This document shows positions 39,630 through 52,054 of a DNA stretch of 64,000 nt, piece after piece. The DNA comes from Ramazzottius varieornatus. Its lineage: Eukaryota > Animalia > Tardigrada. How positions within the stretch are numbered: the first letter of the stretch is position 1; every line of letters starts with the position of its first letter. The position numbers and the translations under genes were made by a program. The notes under the pieces were generated by a model. The model saw only the letters and a list, made by a program, of their open reading frames with translations, made no database searches and was not told the DNA's origin. Where the stretch lies: NCBI GenBank assembly GCA_001949185.1, contig BDGG01000016.1, positions 852,277-916,276 on the forward strand, in the 5' to 3' direction.

Positions 39630-40559
39630 GGCTGAATTGACTGAGTATTCCAGCCAGACAGAACTAGTCAATCAACAGTTCAGAAAGCACCGGTCTGCTT
39701 GGTTAAAAATCCCAAGTTTATCTCCGACGCTAACAAGAAGCAATAATAGGTGAGAAACTCCACAAAGATATTTCACACAACTCTAAAGAATATCAGAAGT
39801 TGATTAGGGCGAAATTCTTGTCGGGCTCAAGAAAGCAAATTGGAGTTCTGTGGAAAAACTTTTTGAACGGGGAAACTTGGGACGAAAAGAGATGGCAACT
39901 TAAGATGGCAATAAAGAAGCTAATATACGGCAATCACGAAAAGGGTTCTGAGTTCACCGCGGAAGGCAGGTGTGGCCTGTTTAATGAGGAGATCGACGGG
40001 AGTCCCGCTTCCTCCTCCGACGTCACAGCATGTCCCCTTTGCCGGCTATAGTGTACATTGGGCCTCAAGTGTATCCTAGCTTGTCATGATCAACCAATTG
40101 TCGCCGGGACAGAAATCTACTGGCGGGCTAAGTGATTATACCTCTTATCCTCGATCGGCCCTTCCACGGCTGCTACCTCGCCACCGCGCGTATACTGTAC
40201 AATTTCGCGCTTAACGCACAAGCGCGACTTCATCCGATCTGACCCTGAAAGCCATGTTCATCCTCTAAAATACGCTCAACACATGGTTACCGCTTTGAGC
40301 GCTGAATTATCGATCCGATAATGGGCGCCCATATCCGCCGATGTAAAATCCCGTCCGAAGCCAACTAGCACCGTTTCCTTCTTTCACCAAAGCGCGTAAC
40401 ATCAACTGCAGAAATACAATGCAGCTTTCCAATCCGCGGGCGCGCAGAAAATATACCTCTCGATTTCGACCCAGCACAATGTTTGATTCAATCGCACTGT
40501 ATATTTTTCTGAATTTCTGTCCTGTTTGTTCTTGTGCACCAAAAAAATCCAGAAAAAAT

Positions 40560-40670
40560 CGACCGCTGTATACCCGGCTGAAAATAGAAGGTGGCGCACC
40601 TTTCCGGCTGATAACAATGATTACGTGCGCCACTTCAGATATCGATCTTGCAAGGTTTGCTTGTGCGGCA
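40560..40670. repeat. Palindromic element (N27), upstream of Hmx
   Basis: aggtggcgca-N27-tgcgccactt. Confidence 0.85.
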
Positions 40671-41353
40671 CTGAAATTTTTTAAAAATATTTCAGCTTGA
40701 ATACTCGTTTAGTTTGTAGAGTAAGAACCAAAATTTGGAGAGATGAGGTTATTTTCAGCATGGATTTTAAGTGTCGGTTTGGAAGGAGGAATTTTGGAAT
40801 GCAATTTAATCCGTAAATGGATATTGGGTGCAGACAATTGGGCGAGTTAAGCGACTGTTTTTGTAAAGTGGATAATGAGAGGGGAGGAGAGCCTCAATTA
40901 TGGTTTACAAGTTCCGAGGATAGAGTGACGGAAGAAGCACGGGGAAAAGGTAGTTACGAGTAGGTGCATATCGCAGCAGGCCAGGAATAGCTCAGACACT
41001 CCAAGACGACAAGTTATTGCTGGGCTATTGTTATCGTCAAGAGGTAATTATGTTTTATGGACCAGACTAATGATGGGCCTCCCTCCATCTGTCCCCCATT
41101 AAGCCACCCGTCAACTTACTTGTCCTGGACAAGACCACAACCATTCAGCCCCTTACGGACACAAATATCCTTGACAAAATGATTGACTTATCAAGTGTGA
41201 AATGCACCCGTTAACAGCTACTTTCTAGTGTCCAAACGCGAATAATTAACCACGCACCAAACTGACAGAACTGACCGGAAGATATTTGACGAATTTCGTC
41301 GAATTTTATACGAATAACGGTCTGCCAGATCAGATACAATGCACGGAACCAAT

Positions 41354-41555
41354 TGGAATATCGGGAAACGAAACAGATTTAAATGCCATCTCAAATGGCG
41401 CACGTTTCCATTGTTTATAGCGGTAAGCGTGCGCCACTTGAGCCAACAAACTCGGTAAACTGCTTCCCTCAGCGGCGCATGTTTGCAGCTTAATTGGCTC
41501 GAACCGTGCGCCGCTTGAGGGCGGTCGATCTCGTACGATTCGTTTGCCAGGCTTC
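41354..41555. repeat. Palindromic element doublet, intergenic
   Basis: Two N27 units, period 77. Confidence 0.85.
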
Positions 41556-42159
41556 ATGTATACACATCTCGTTCTGTAAGCCGAACAACACATCAAAGCG
41601 TGCTTTTTGGACTCTTTTCTGCGTGAACTCAAATCAGCAAAAACGAAGAACCAGGAAAAAGTGCCACGCCTGACCATCAAAGCAGCTGACACAGGTAAAG
41701 CAAGTCCTTCGGGACGGAACTTTGTGAAGTACCCACGATGATGCATGTACGACATTGAGCCGGGATTGAGAATTGTTTACCGGTGTCAAACTGCTGACTG
41801 AGAAAATAGGTAAGTGGGAAAACAATATCCTGCAATGACGGCTTTGGACAAACACTTTTATAGGTTGATTGCTTATAAAGTCTGCCCCTAGTGACAAAGG
41901 TTAACACTTGATAGTCTGCGATAAATCATCGAGGACTGACGCCATTTCGGAGTCTCACATGAGTTCTTCCAACGTTTCCTACTGCAGATTTCGAAGACCA
42001 ATTTGATTTATCTTTGTCGTGTGATCAAGTAATCGAGTCAATCTGGCTCGCGAAGTTTAAATTTTCAGCTGCAACGATCATTGGAAATTCTTCGCTACTC
42101 TCATCTGTCATCATCCTACACCGATATTCTATTGGGAAGGATTCTTATAACTGGACAAA

Positions 42160-42865
42160 ATGTGGGCTCGCATGATTACTCAAAGCTTCCTGGTTGTCCT
42201 TCTCGTTAGTCTAATAAGTACCATCAACTCTACGCCGGTTCCTACAGAAGACTCACAGCCACCAGGTATGCGTAAGACGATGGTCCACAAAAGACGATGG
42301 TCTACAGTACTTTGCTAATCGACGTCACTCGTGCTTTTTTCCTGCCGCTTTGGAATATGTGGGAGGCCAGCAAACGGAACCCATCGCATCAATATCCCGA
42401 GTGGCGCACTTGTCCATTGCTGTTGACTGAAAGGGTGCGCCACTTTAGAGGACGATCCCTTACATTTCGCTTTACGGCATCCCATCTACTGTATAAATGC
42501 GAATAAAATTGAAAACTGCAAGAAGAACCTTCATTATTGTTTTTTCTTTTTCGTAGTTCTTGACTGCTCATCTCCACCTGTCACTGGACCATGCAAAGCA
42601 GCGTTTGCCGTTTTCAACTATAATCCAGCTACCGGCAAATGTGACACCTTTGTATGTAAATCACTGAATGATTGTTTTCTACCGGTAGTTTTACAAAAAG
42701 CACCTGATGAATTTCTTCGAACCTTTGCAGACTTACGGAGGTTGTGAAGGTAATGGTAACCGGTATGATTTCGAAGAAGAATGCATGAAGTACTGCGGAT
42801 CCTCGTCGACCTCCAAATCTTCATCCGCGACGTCCGCGCCATTAAACACATTGTCCACTACATGA
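42160..42865 (+). CDS. Secreted single-domain Kunitz/BPTI protease inhibitor (3 exons; absent from the ORF track)
   Basis: Signal-peptide exon, then CSSPPVTGPCKAAFAVFNYNPATGKCDTF|TYGGCEGNGNRYDFEEECMKYC with all 6 Cys and P1 Lys. Confidence 0.9.
42361..42483. repeat. Palindromic element (N27), Kunitz intron
   Basis: gagtggcgca-N27-tgcgccactt. Confidence 0.9.
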
Positions 42866-43823
42866 TTATCCCATTCTGTCGACGTAGAACTGTGAAATCA
42901 TAACATCCAGTTACACAAAAAATTAAATATTGATTTCAATGCTGGCTACAAACCCATGTGGGTTTTCGATATGTCGAAAGTTCTTCGTATTCCGTACTTC
43001 TCTGCCTCCATAAAGATTCTGAAGTTCGGTCCGTTTTAACTACCGTGGCGCCATCTTTCTCACAGTTCTTGTTCTACGACGAGCCATTTCTAGTGACGAG
43101 ATGCGGAGAACGAGGAAGGATTTAAATGAGTATACAAGGATTAGCTCGCCCAGCCGCGCCTGTAATGAATAAGCAATTACTTCGTTTTTGTGTTTTCAAG
43201 GGCGAGTGTACCCGCTGTTATCGGGAATAGTTAATTTCTCGATTACTTTGACATTCGCGTGAGTGATAGTAATTTTTTGTCAAAACAATATACCAGCTCC
43301 ACGGACTATGATCGACGTCAAGAACCGTACTTTATGTTTTCCGGTAGACGACAGTACACTTGGCGCGATTAGCACGCATTGCAGTGTATCTCGATCAGGC
43401 TCCTCTCAAAGGCAATCATCAAGACAGCAAGACAATGGTTGTCGATGCGGCTAGCTCGCTCTTTCCCTGTGGGCGAAGGTCCGGAACGTGTATCGATCTT
43501 TCCGCTTGGTACTCTATCTTTGATGTTGTGCGCTACACGTCAATGGCTCCTCTCGCGGTAAATCAGTTTATACGAAGGAGACAGCCGTGATGGTTTGCTG
43601 AGAAATGCCTTCCTGTACTCCATTCGCCACTTCCGTGGAGCTCGACGTCAGCGGGATCCCCACCCTGTCATTGACAAATCTGTAGTGCGTCATTGCACCC
43701 AAGGCGCTCATCCTGTAACTCTCCTGTTGAGCCGCCACATCGTCAATCGCTCAGCTCGTAGTTGATCACGCTCAAGCCTCCAAGATTGTCATTCTTGCGT
43801 TCGCCTGGATTAACGTAAACGAA

Positions 43824-45688
43824 ATGGCGGCCTTCAATATGGCCGTTGCTGGTCACCTCGTCTTTCTTTTCTCCTGTTGTGTTTCTACCTTGCTGGCCAT
43901 TCATGTGGAGAGAACGCCTATGCTGATGCCAGGAGTGGCTCCTAAGAAGGTACGTCTCACGATCCTGCACACACGTCGTACCATATGGTGAACTTTGTTG
44001 TTTGCTTAATGCAATATTCATGCTCAATATTCCTCGTGTCTTTGCCAGGCGGATTCCTACTTTTGCTATTCAATGAAGTTGAATCCCAACGTCAACGAAA
44101 ATATCGGTAAGTTATGTACTACCACCGTAATTTCTGTAGCAGCGGAAATTCTTTTCGAAAATATTCCGAGATTATTCACATCTACTTTCGAATATTGGAG
44201 ATAAAAGTCCGGTGAGCGAAATGTTCAAGAGCTTTAGCGTAAACGGCACACACTTCTGTTTAATACCAATAAGAGCGTGCGCCACTTGGAAAAATGATCT
44301 CGTACGTTTCGTTTGTCGACTTGCCCTGTGTTAAATCTAATTGCTGGCTTCTTTTTTGCAGTGGGATTTTTACCGAACACTTCATACTCAGTCCACCACA
44401 TGTTACTGTACGGATGTGAAGAGCCGGGTAGTCAGGAACGCGTGTGGAACTGTGGTGGCGAGATGGCCGGCCAGGACCCGGAAGACTCCAGTCCGGTGTG
44501 CCAGGGAAAGGACAGCATCCTTTATGCCTGGGCTCACAACGCAGCCAGCATGGAACTTCCCGAACGAGTCGGCTTCCAAGTCGGCGGAGACACTCCTATC
44601 CAGTACCTCGTGATCCAAATTCACTACAACGACCATATTGATGAGTATAAAAGTAAAGATTCCGAAGAATTCCTTTCGGGAAAAATATACATATCCCTTC
44701 AAAAAGTGTTGGCCATATTACAAAATATTCCCTGGTCTAATTTACCGAATATTCTTCAATTTTTACAGATGGAAAGAAGGACAATTCCGGTCTCACCCTT
44801 CTGCACACGATGGCGGAACTACCTCGGCAAGCGGGTGTGATCTTGATGTTGGCTAATGGACGAATTCCTGCAAAACATAAGGGTATGTGCAACATTAGAC
44901 AGATTTACTAAGACAGCTGTTTCGCGCGACATAAACAAGGCTGGTTCCTCGTGCTTGCAGAGACGGTCGATATCGCCTGTCCCATAATGGAGTACTCCGA
45001 ACTGCACCCGTTCGCCTTCCGGGTCCACACCCATAAGCTGGGAACCGTGGTTGCTGGATACGCTGTACAGGATGGGCAGTGGAACCTCCTAGGAAAGAAA
45101 GACCCACAGCTGCCGCAGGTGAAATATTCTCAGCGAACATTAGTTTCATACCAGTGAAGTCTACTATTTGATTAGTATTCTTGAAAATTCAAAGATATAG
45201 TTATTCCTTTATCGGTGAAATTTTACAGATGTTTTACCCGGTCTCCGATGACAAAATGGTCCTTAGTACTGGAGACATTCTAGCAGCCAGATGTACGATG
45301 GACAACCAGAACGACCACGTTGTCAAGATGGGGTATGAAGGATTTTCCAATAACTGGGATCCCGGACAAATGATCTGAACCAGATCGTTTCCGCAAGCAG
45401 CGCATACTTTCAGCCGAAACCAGCGAAAACGTGCGCCACTTAGACAACGATCTGGTTCAATTCATCTACCCACGTTCCCAAGAACTATTTGAGCCATCGA
45501 GTAATATTATGACGCTTCTATACAGATCGACTATGAAGGATGAAATGTGTAATTTCTACCTGATGTACTGGACAGAAAAACCTTTCGCGCCCATCGAGCA
45601 GGATAGCTGCGTTTCTCTGGGTCCGCCATTCATCTACTGGGATACCCTGGGTCTGAAAGACATTCCCGCTGATAGCACCAGTCTTTAA
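43824..45688 (+). CDS. PHM: Monofunctional peptidylglycine alpha-hydroxylating monooxygenase
   Basis: Signal peptide; copper ligands in VHHMLLYGC, QIHY, FRVHTH and DEMCNFYLMY; KDPQLPQ|MFYPV. Stops before any PAL domain. Confidence 0.93.
44205..44327. repeat. Palindromic element (N27), PHM intron
   Basis: aaacggcaca-N27-tgcgccactt. Confidence 0.8.
45356..45479. repeat. Palindromic element (N27), PHM intron
   Basis: aagcagcgca-N27-tgcgccactt. Confidence 0.9.
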
Positions 45689-46199
45689 CTTAAGCACAAG
45701 TCCTGTTCATCGAAATGCTCGCGCTGAATGCTAATTTCCCATAAAAGGAAGTGATCTCTGCAATGCAAGAATACATTGTTAACTTTCAAGTTTTTACGTT
45801 TTGCTATACGAGTAGTGGAATCTGCTGGGCCGGTGGCTACTTACGGTAACGCTTGCTGGGTCTATACGTTGGGTTACATTAATCCTCCATAAAAGAACTT
45901 AAGCAAACACCAACCTCCTGACACCGCCGGTGTCCTACTACCAAGTTATAGCTTTGCCACGTTTTCTTCCGGTGCGTTGAGGGCGAGTGCGACAAGAGTC
46001 GGTGGCGGTGGATGGCGCTTACGGAACTAATTTGGGTGATGTGATGTAATGTTCTGGTCACCTTATGTCATGTCAGACCATGGCATGTCACAAGCTCTCT
46101 AATGATTTTTGGCGTTCAAGCAAGCCTCCAGCTTCTTCTCACTTCTTTGGATAATTTTCTTGTTCTTGGGCAGTCCGTTTGTCGGCTCCTTACATCAGG

Positions 46200-47945
46200 A
46201 TGGATCTACTGAAGCCTTTTGCGGAGACGTCAGGACTCTCGGGGGAGCAATTGGCTATACTGACGGCGCATTATCCCACAGCACTGGACTTTCTGGACAT
46301 TGATTGCGAAGTGGTCGTCAGCACCATTCCCGAAGCAGCCATCCCTCTTGAGGTAATTGTAGTTGCTCTGTCTGTTGCGCTTCGTACTTATCCTCATGTG
46401 CGTCTCACATATGAAAATTTTTGTTCTTTGACTCGCCCAGGTGATCAAGAGGTTGCGGCGATTGATACTCCATCAGCTGATCCCTAAAGACACAACCGGA
46501 AATGACTTATTCGCTACTTATCAAAGTGGCTTTCCTCTTACTTTCGGACTGCCACATCTCGATGACATCTTCCGCACCGAGCTTCGGAACTCCGAGGTGA
46601 GCACACGAGATTCCGGATGGTATAACACGACAGGCACGTACAGTTTGGAGGCCAATTTTTTTGTTGTGTGCCTGCTTCTCGTTGGCAGGTTCTCGAAGTC
46701 TGTGGGACACCTTTGTCTGGCAAAACGCAGGTTCGTCGTCCCTTGTGCAGTTCCCTAGTCAAGTAAATGTGCGATGGTTTCCTTTTGCAGCTGTGCCTTC
46801 AGCTGATTTGCCATAACCTCTTGGACACAAGCTGCACCATCGCTATAATCGACACCGGAAGTCATATTAGTCCGTCACGGATAGCGGGGATTTTACGTCT
46901 ATGGGGACATGGTGAGGATGTGCGTGCAGGTTCTTCTGAATTCTGTTTCCGTTATCCATGATGTTAAAGGGTGGTATTTTGCTCCATCTTTTATTTAATA
47001 GAAGCTGGAAGAATGCCTGCGAAGGCTCACTTTTATGAAAGTCACCACCATATCTCGCCTCCTACAAGCCCTTGATTATGTTAGCTCCTTCCTGCCGTCT
47101 TCGCGGGACACAAGAGGATCTGATGGTGTATCAACAAAGAGCATCGTGGTCATAGATTCGCTCTACGCAATTGTTGCACCCATAATCGGCGGAAGAAAAG
47201 TAGAAGGTGCTTCCGCTTCTTCTCACAAATAATTTGGAATGAAGATGAACTTTGCTGTCGTTTCAGGATTTGCTTTGATGTCGCAGCTGGCGTTCACCAT
47301 GAAATACGTGGCTACCGAGTTGCAAGCCGCTGTTGTGGTAAATATACTTCAACAAATGGGAGGTCGACAAACCAAACGTACAACAGTGTTACGTAAAGTG
47401 GCGCATGATTCCATTGTTATCGGTTGGAAGCGTGCGCCACTCGAGATAACGATCTTGCACGTTGGGTTTGCCGGTCTCCCACATACATTTTGCCAAATTT
47501 GAATTCGTTATGTTCTTGGTTTGTCTTGCTTTGCAGTACACCAACTTGAAGCCGCCAAGCGAAGACTCAGAGGCAGGACTGCAAGCGAACCTTGGTGTTT
47601 TCTGGCAGTCAGTTCCCCACCATCGTATTTCCGTTCATCGTGTTGGAGAACTTCACGTCGATAGCCTGACCGCTCAAGTTGGCCATGCAACCGAGATCGT
47701 CGTTTCCTTGGTTAAAAGCACGAAAATTGTACGTATTTCTGTTGCTACGATTGTATCATGTTCCTGTCATTTCCAGAGAATAACATGGGTGGCCTTTCTT
47801 CGTTCAGGCACCAATTTGCTCTGTCACAGTCTGCATTACTCCGGCAGGTCTTTCATGGAAGACAGGCAATTCTAGTTTTGATCAAACAAAGACTACATCT
47901 TCTCCCAAATCTAAGCTTTTTCGAGCCGCCGAATCTCGTCCGTAA
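46200..47945 (+). CDS. RAD51D: RAD51 paralog D-like
   Basis: LRRLIL...GNDLF, LDDIF, Walker A EVCGTPLSGKTQ|LC, IDTG, Walker B VVIDSL, G|FALMSQLA..MK..A, LG..W..VPH.R. Confidence 0.85.
47358..47480. repeat. Palindromic element (N27), RAD51D intron
   Basis: aagtggcgca-N27-tgcgccactc. Confidence 0.9.
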
Positions 47946-48757
47946 CGAAGCGCAGAATTGTTAGACAGTAGAAGTATTTGTATATCTGTGAATCACTCCA
48001 TGAATGCATCTTTTTACTTTCGGAAATTTTGCTCCTTTTATTTTTGCTCTATGCCTTATTTTTGCTATGTATGGATACTGGTCGTGACGAAATTTCTGTC
48101 TCTTCGGTTCGATCTAGTCTCTGTGCATCGTACGCGATAGCCATAAGCTTTCAGGAAATTCACAGTGTGACTGGACGTAAAGCTCTAAAAGTGCTTCGCG
48201 TACTCTCACTGCGAAATTACCTATTAACCAGGGACGTGTAAAAGACGACTGGTGCGTTCTAGGTTTACACACCCGAGCCGCGGAATTAGTGAAGTCGCCG
48301 TATGAGGGTTTCGAAAGACGAGACCATTTTGTCGGCCGATCTCTCCAGCCTGTGTAGAACGTGGAAGGTTCCTCAGTTAGCCATTTTATTGTCTCTAGAA
48401 AGACAGTAAACATCGAATCATCGTCTCCAACACATTTCGCATCGAAAAAAGAGAGAAGGGTACGTATATCATCAACATGTATGGTATGCAAACCAAAGAG
48501 AGAGGGCCGCAACGAGTTCCTGGGGCAGTACAAGATGGTCTTGCTCATTCCTCAAAGTAAAACAGTATTAGTGGGTAAAGAGTTCAAAAACAAACGTAGG
48601 AAAAGATGGTAGTAGTAGGCAGAAAAAGAAGAAACGAAAAGGTAACAGAAAGTCAAACAGTCTCAAGCTTACATAAACCGCGTGGCAATGTTGGTAAAAA
48701 TCAGAAAAAAGTTTTTATTGATTTTACATATTTAACAAAGGGGAGAGAGGGTTACTT

Positions 48758-51700
48758 TCACCGATTGTTGTACTTAGAATTACGGTTAGTATAGGTAGCG
48801 CCATGTAGAGGAGTTTTCCCCTTTCTCTGCACATGTAAAGTCTTGCCGTCCACAATGACGGTCCCCTTTTCGAGTAGGCGCTCCACCGCGGAACGGTGAT
48901 CGAACAGTATGAAACAATATCGCTACAAAGAAAAGCTGGAAATCAGCCGGGATGTCCAAACCTACCTCCAGCGACAAGTGAAAGCACAGTAGACTAACTT
49001 GACAAGATCTTTCTCCGAAGTGGCGCACGTTTTCAGCGTGATTCGCTGAGAGCGTTCGCCACTCCAGAATGTACTCTTATCCTGCTTCTTTGCCGAGCTT
49101 TCGACTACTTTCAAATTCAGGACAAAGCTTACGGTATTACGGTCCTGATGATATCGCAGTCGCACATCCACCACGTTTCCAAAGGCTGTAAGCAAAAACA
49201 CGTTCTCAACAAAAAGAAGCGAAACCATTTCTTCCTCAGCTTCTACCTTGCATAGCCTTGTGCATAGACGTTGATGAAACAGTAGTAGGAATATCTCTAA
49301 TGTACACTTGTTGCAAGTCGGGGAAAGCGTCGGCCTCTTCCGTCTGCAGTCGGGGGAACTCAAAGTGACGATCTTGCCCGCCACTTCCGCTTCCAGCGCT
49401 GCGCTGCCCACCGTTACCACCATTACGGTAGCCACCACCATAACCATCCTCGTTACCCTGATAGCTACCGCCACTCTTGGGACCACCAGAACCAGGGGGT
49501 CGCGGCGGTTCAGGACGAGTAGCCACAGGAGGACGGCCACCGGGCTTCTGGTTAATGGGAGCAGCTGTAAGAATTGGTCCCTTTGGTCCACCTTGAGTGA
49601 TGGCGGCCCACGACTTCGGAACGTTATCGACAACTACGAGAAAGAATATCCGATCCAGTTTGATTCCGATACCGTCAAAACTTGATTTTAACGTTCGCGA
49701 GTCCAAATCTAACTTCGGAAGGGAAGCTGGCAATTCGGCAAACAAGTTCAACAAGATCGTCATGCTGGCTGGCGCTCCTTCCCATTGTTTCTGGCTGGCA
49801 GCGTGCGCCACTCAGTAAGATGATTTTGTCAAGTTGTTTGCCAAACTCCCAGTTCTAAAAAGTATGGGCTTACCGGTAGGGGTAACAGGACTTTCAGCCC
49901 GAGGAGTCTCCGCGGCCGACTTAGGCTGTTCGGTCAGGTTATGAGGAGCCGTGACGGTATGAGGAGAGTTTGTGGAGCGAGCGGACAAAGGCGAACCGGT
50001 ATTTGAGCGAACATTACCACCAAGAGCCGAAGCGCTGGTCGGATTCATCTGTAAAGAAAATACGTGTACCCGGTTATTCTTGAAAAACCCAAAATGGTGA
50101 TGAGAATAAAACTCGGGTTCTACTTCCTCATAAAATGGGACGTTGGCAAATGAATTGTCCCAGATCGTTTCCAAGTGGCGCACACTTTCGGCCAACAACA
50201 TGAAAAATTTGCGCCACTTGAAATGGCCATCTGATTTAATTCATCCGCCCATGTCCCTCACCTTGATGTTCCTTCGTACTCACTTCTTGACTTCACCCTG
50301 TCTTCGTTCTTACCTGATGGAGTGGAGAAGCAACTCCCTGAGAGCCAGGTCGAGCTTTGTTCGGACTCATCGCATCAGCACGAAGTTCAAAATGGGCTGA
50401 TGCCTGGCCTTGCTGATCAGCATTGTCGTCGAAGCCTCTGTTGTCTAATCCATCTAAAGAGAAGCAACATACTAAACCCAGCAACCCTCATTATTCGAGA
50501 CGTGAATACCTGATGTCTAGACGCCATTTCAAACAGGTAACGAGAGCTTACCTTGATAAGGGAAAGAGTTGCGCTGATGAGCGACTTCGCCGTTCGACAA
50601 ACCCTCTTTGGGCTCATCCACACTTCCGCGGAGAGTCACATCTTCTGGTGAAGGTGTTCGCGAACGTTGCACATGATCGTCTGCAAAGAAAGCTTACAGC
50701 TTTGCTTTCGATGGACTAACTAACGTGAGAGTTGCCCACGTTGCAAACGACAGACGTACCTTGCGTTTCCGGTTCTGCAGCCGAAGCATTTTCTGCGCCA
50801 CCGTGACCAACGTTATCTGTTGAACCAAGAAAGAAAGCTGTAAGGCAGAAAGGCGATGGTACCAAGAAGGGAATCTGACTTTCAATATCCATGTTAGATG
50901 AGTATGAAGTTGAGCGAGACTGAGCCGATGATCCAGAACGATGCTCGGCTTCCTGAACACCGTTGGCCATTTCCTGGGCCGACTGCTGCCGTTCACCATG
51001 TTCATGACTGGTATGACCAGCACCTACAGAGACATAGGTTAGAGAGCAGGCGTAGGACTTATCGCGAATAACTGCTCAGTTTTTGTAGATTTTCGACGGA
51101 ACGAAAGTTTTATAATGTCTACCTTGGACGTTCTCATCAGAATGAGAGCTAGCATGAACAGCTGGCTGCTGTCCTCCATAGGCATTCATCATCTGGGGGT
51201 GCATCTGCATCTGAGGCACGAAGCCTGGATGCGTAGGCATACCAGGACCAACGGTATAGGAAAGACTCTGGTTAGGATAAGGATGCATAGCGGCGCGAGG
51301 ATCTGTAGCAGGAAGGATGAAAAGGTTCGTCCTGCAAAGCTTCAAATGACGAAAGATAGAAGAAGGAAAACCTTACCCATACTGACAGCATGGTTAAGCA
51401 CGTTATTGCTACCAGAGTTGACGGGAGAAGTGTGCGTGGCATTCTCGCGGCTGGAAGAAGTGCTAACAGCGTCTCCAAAGCCAGAAGAACCTCCCGGAGA
51501 TCCACCAGCACCTTGCTGCTGGCCTTGGCCAAAGCCATTGGACATCTGCTGAGGATGAGGCTGTTGCATTTGGTGCGGCTGAGGGAAGTGACTTTGGTGG
51601 ATGATGTGAAAGCCGCCATGGAAAGTTGACGTGCCTCTGCAGCGACAAAAACATTCGACTTTAGTTCACACGAGCTTGAAGGTGACACTTACGATGGGAC

Positions 51701-52054
51701 GAGGACTCCAGTCTGCATGGTGTAGGATAAGTCACGGCCACTGAAGTGCATAGGAATGACCAGTAAGCATGCCTGATCCTGCTGAGGATTCATGTATTGT
51801 GCGGGAAGCTGAGGCAATTGAGCGGCCGGTATATGCTGCGGCATCATAAAGTGTCCACCGGGTACAAACTGGCCTTGAGAATTGTGAATCACGAAAGGGG
51901 AGAACTGAGAAGGACTGGGCAAGACGTGGTGTTGTTGCGGTGCGGGTTGGACTTGCTGCGCCTGCTGTTGAGCTTGTCCTTGTTGCTGCAGAGGACGGGC
52001 TACTTGTCCGGCTGATCCCTGCGGTCCTTGAATGTATCCTCCTTGGTTGTGCAT
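48758..52054 (-). CDS. RRM protein with G3BP-like C-terminal half and Q/P/H-rich low-complexity N-terminus
   Basis: PKSWAAIT motif, G/N/Y-rich stretch, FPDLQQVYIRDIP (RNP2), AFGNVVDVRL, RYCFILF (RNP1). N-terminal exons are Q-rich. Confidence 0.75.
48985..49070. repeat. Palindromic element (N27), RRM-gene intron
   Basis: aagtggcgca-N27-ttcgccactc. Confidence 0.8.
49721..49850. repeat. Palindromic element (N27), RRM-gene intron
   Basis: gctggcgct-N27-tgcgccactc, with recognisable arms. Confidence 0.8.
50138..50257. repeat. Palindromic element (N27), RRM-gene intron
   Basis: aagtggcgca-N27-tgcgccactt. Confidence 0.9.
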
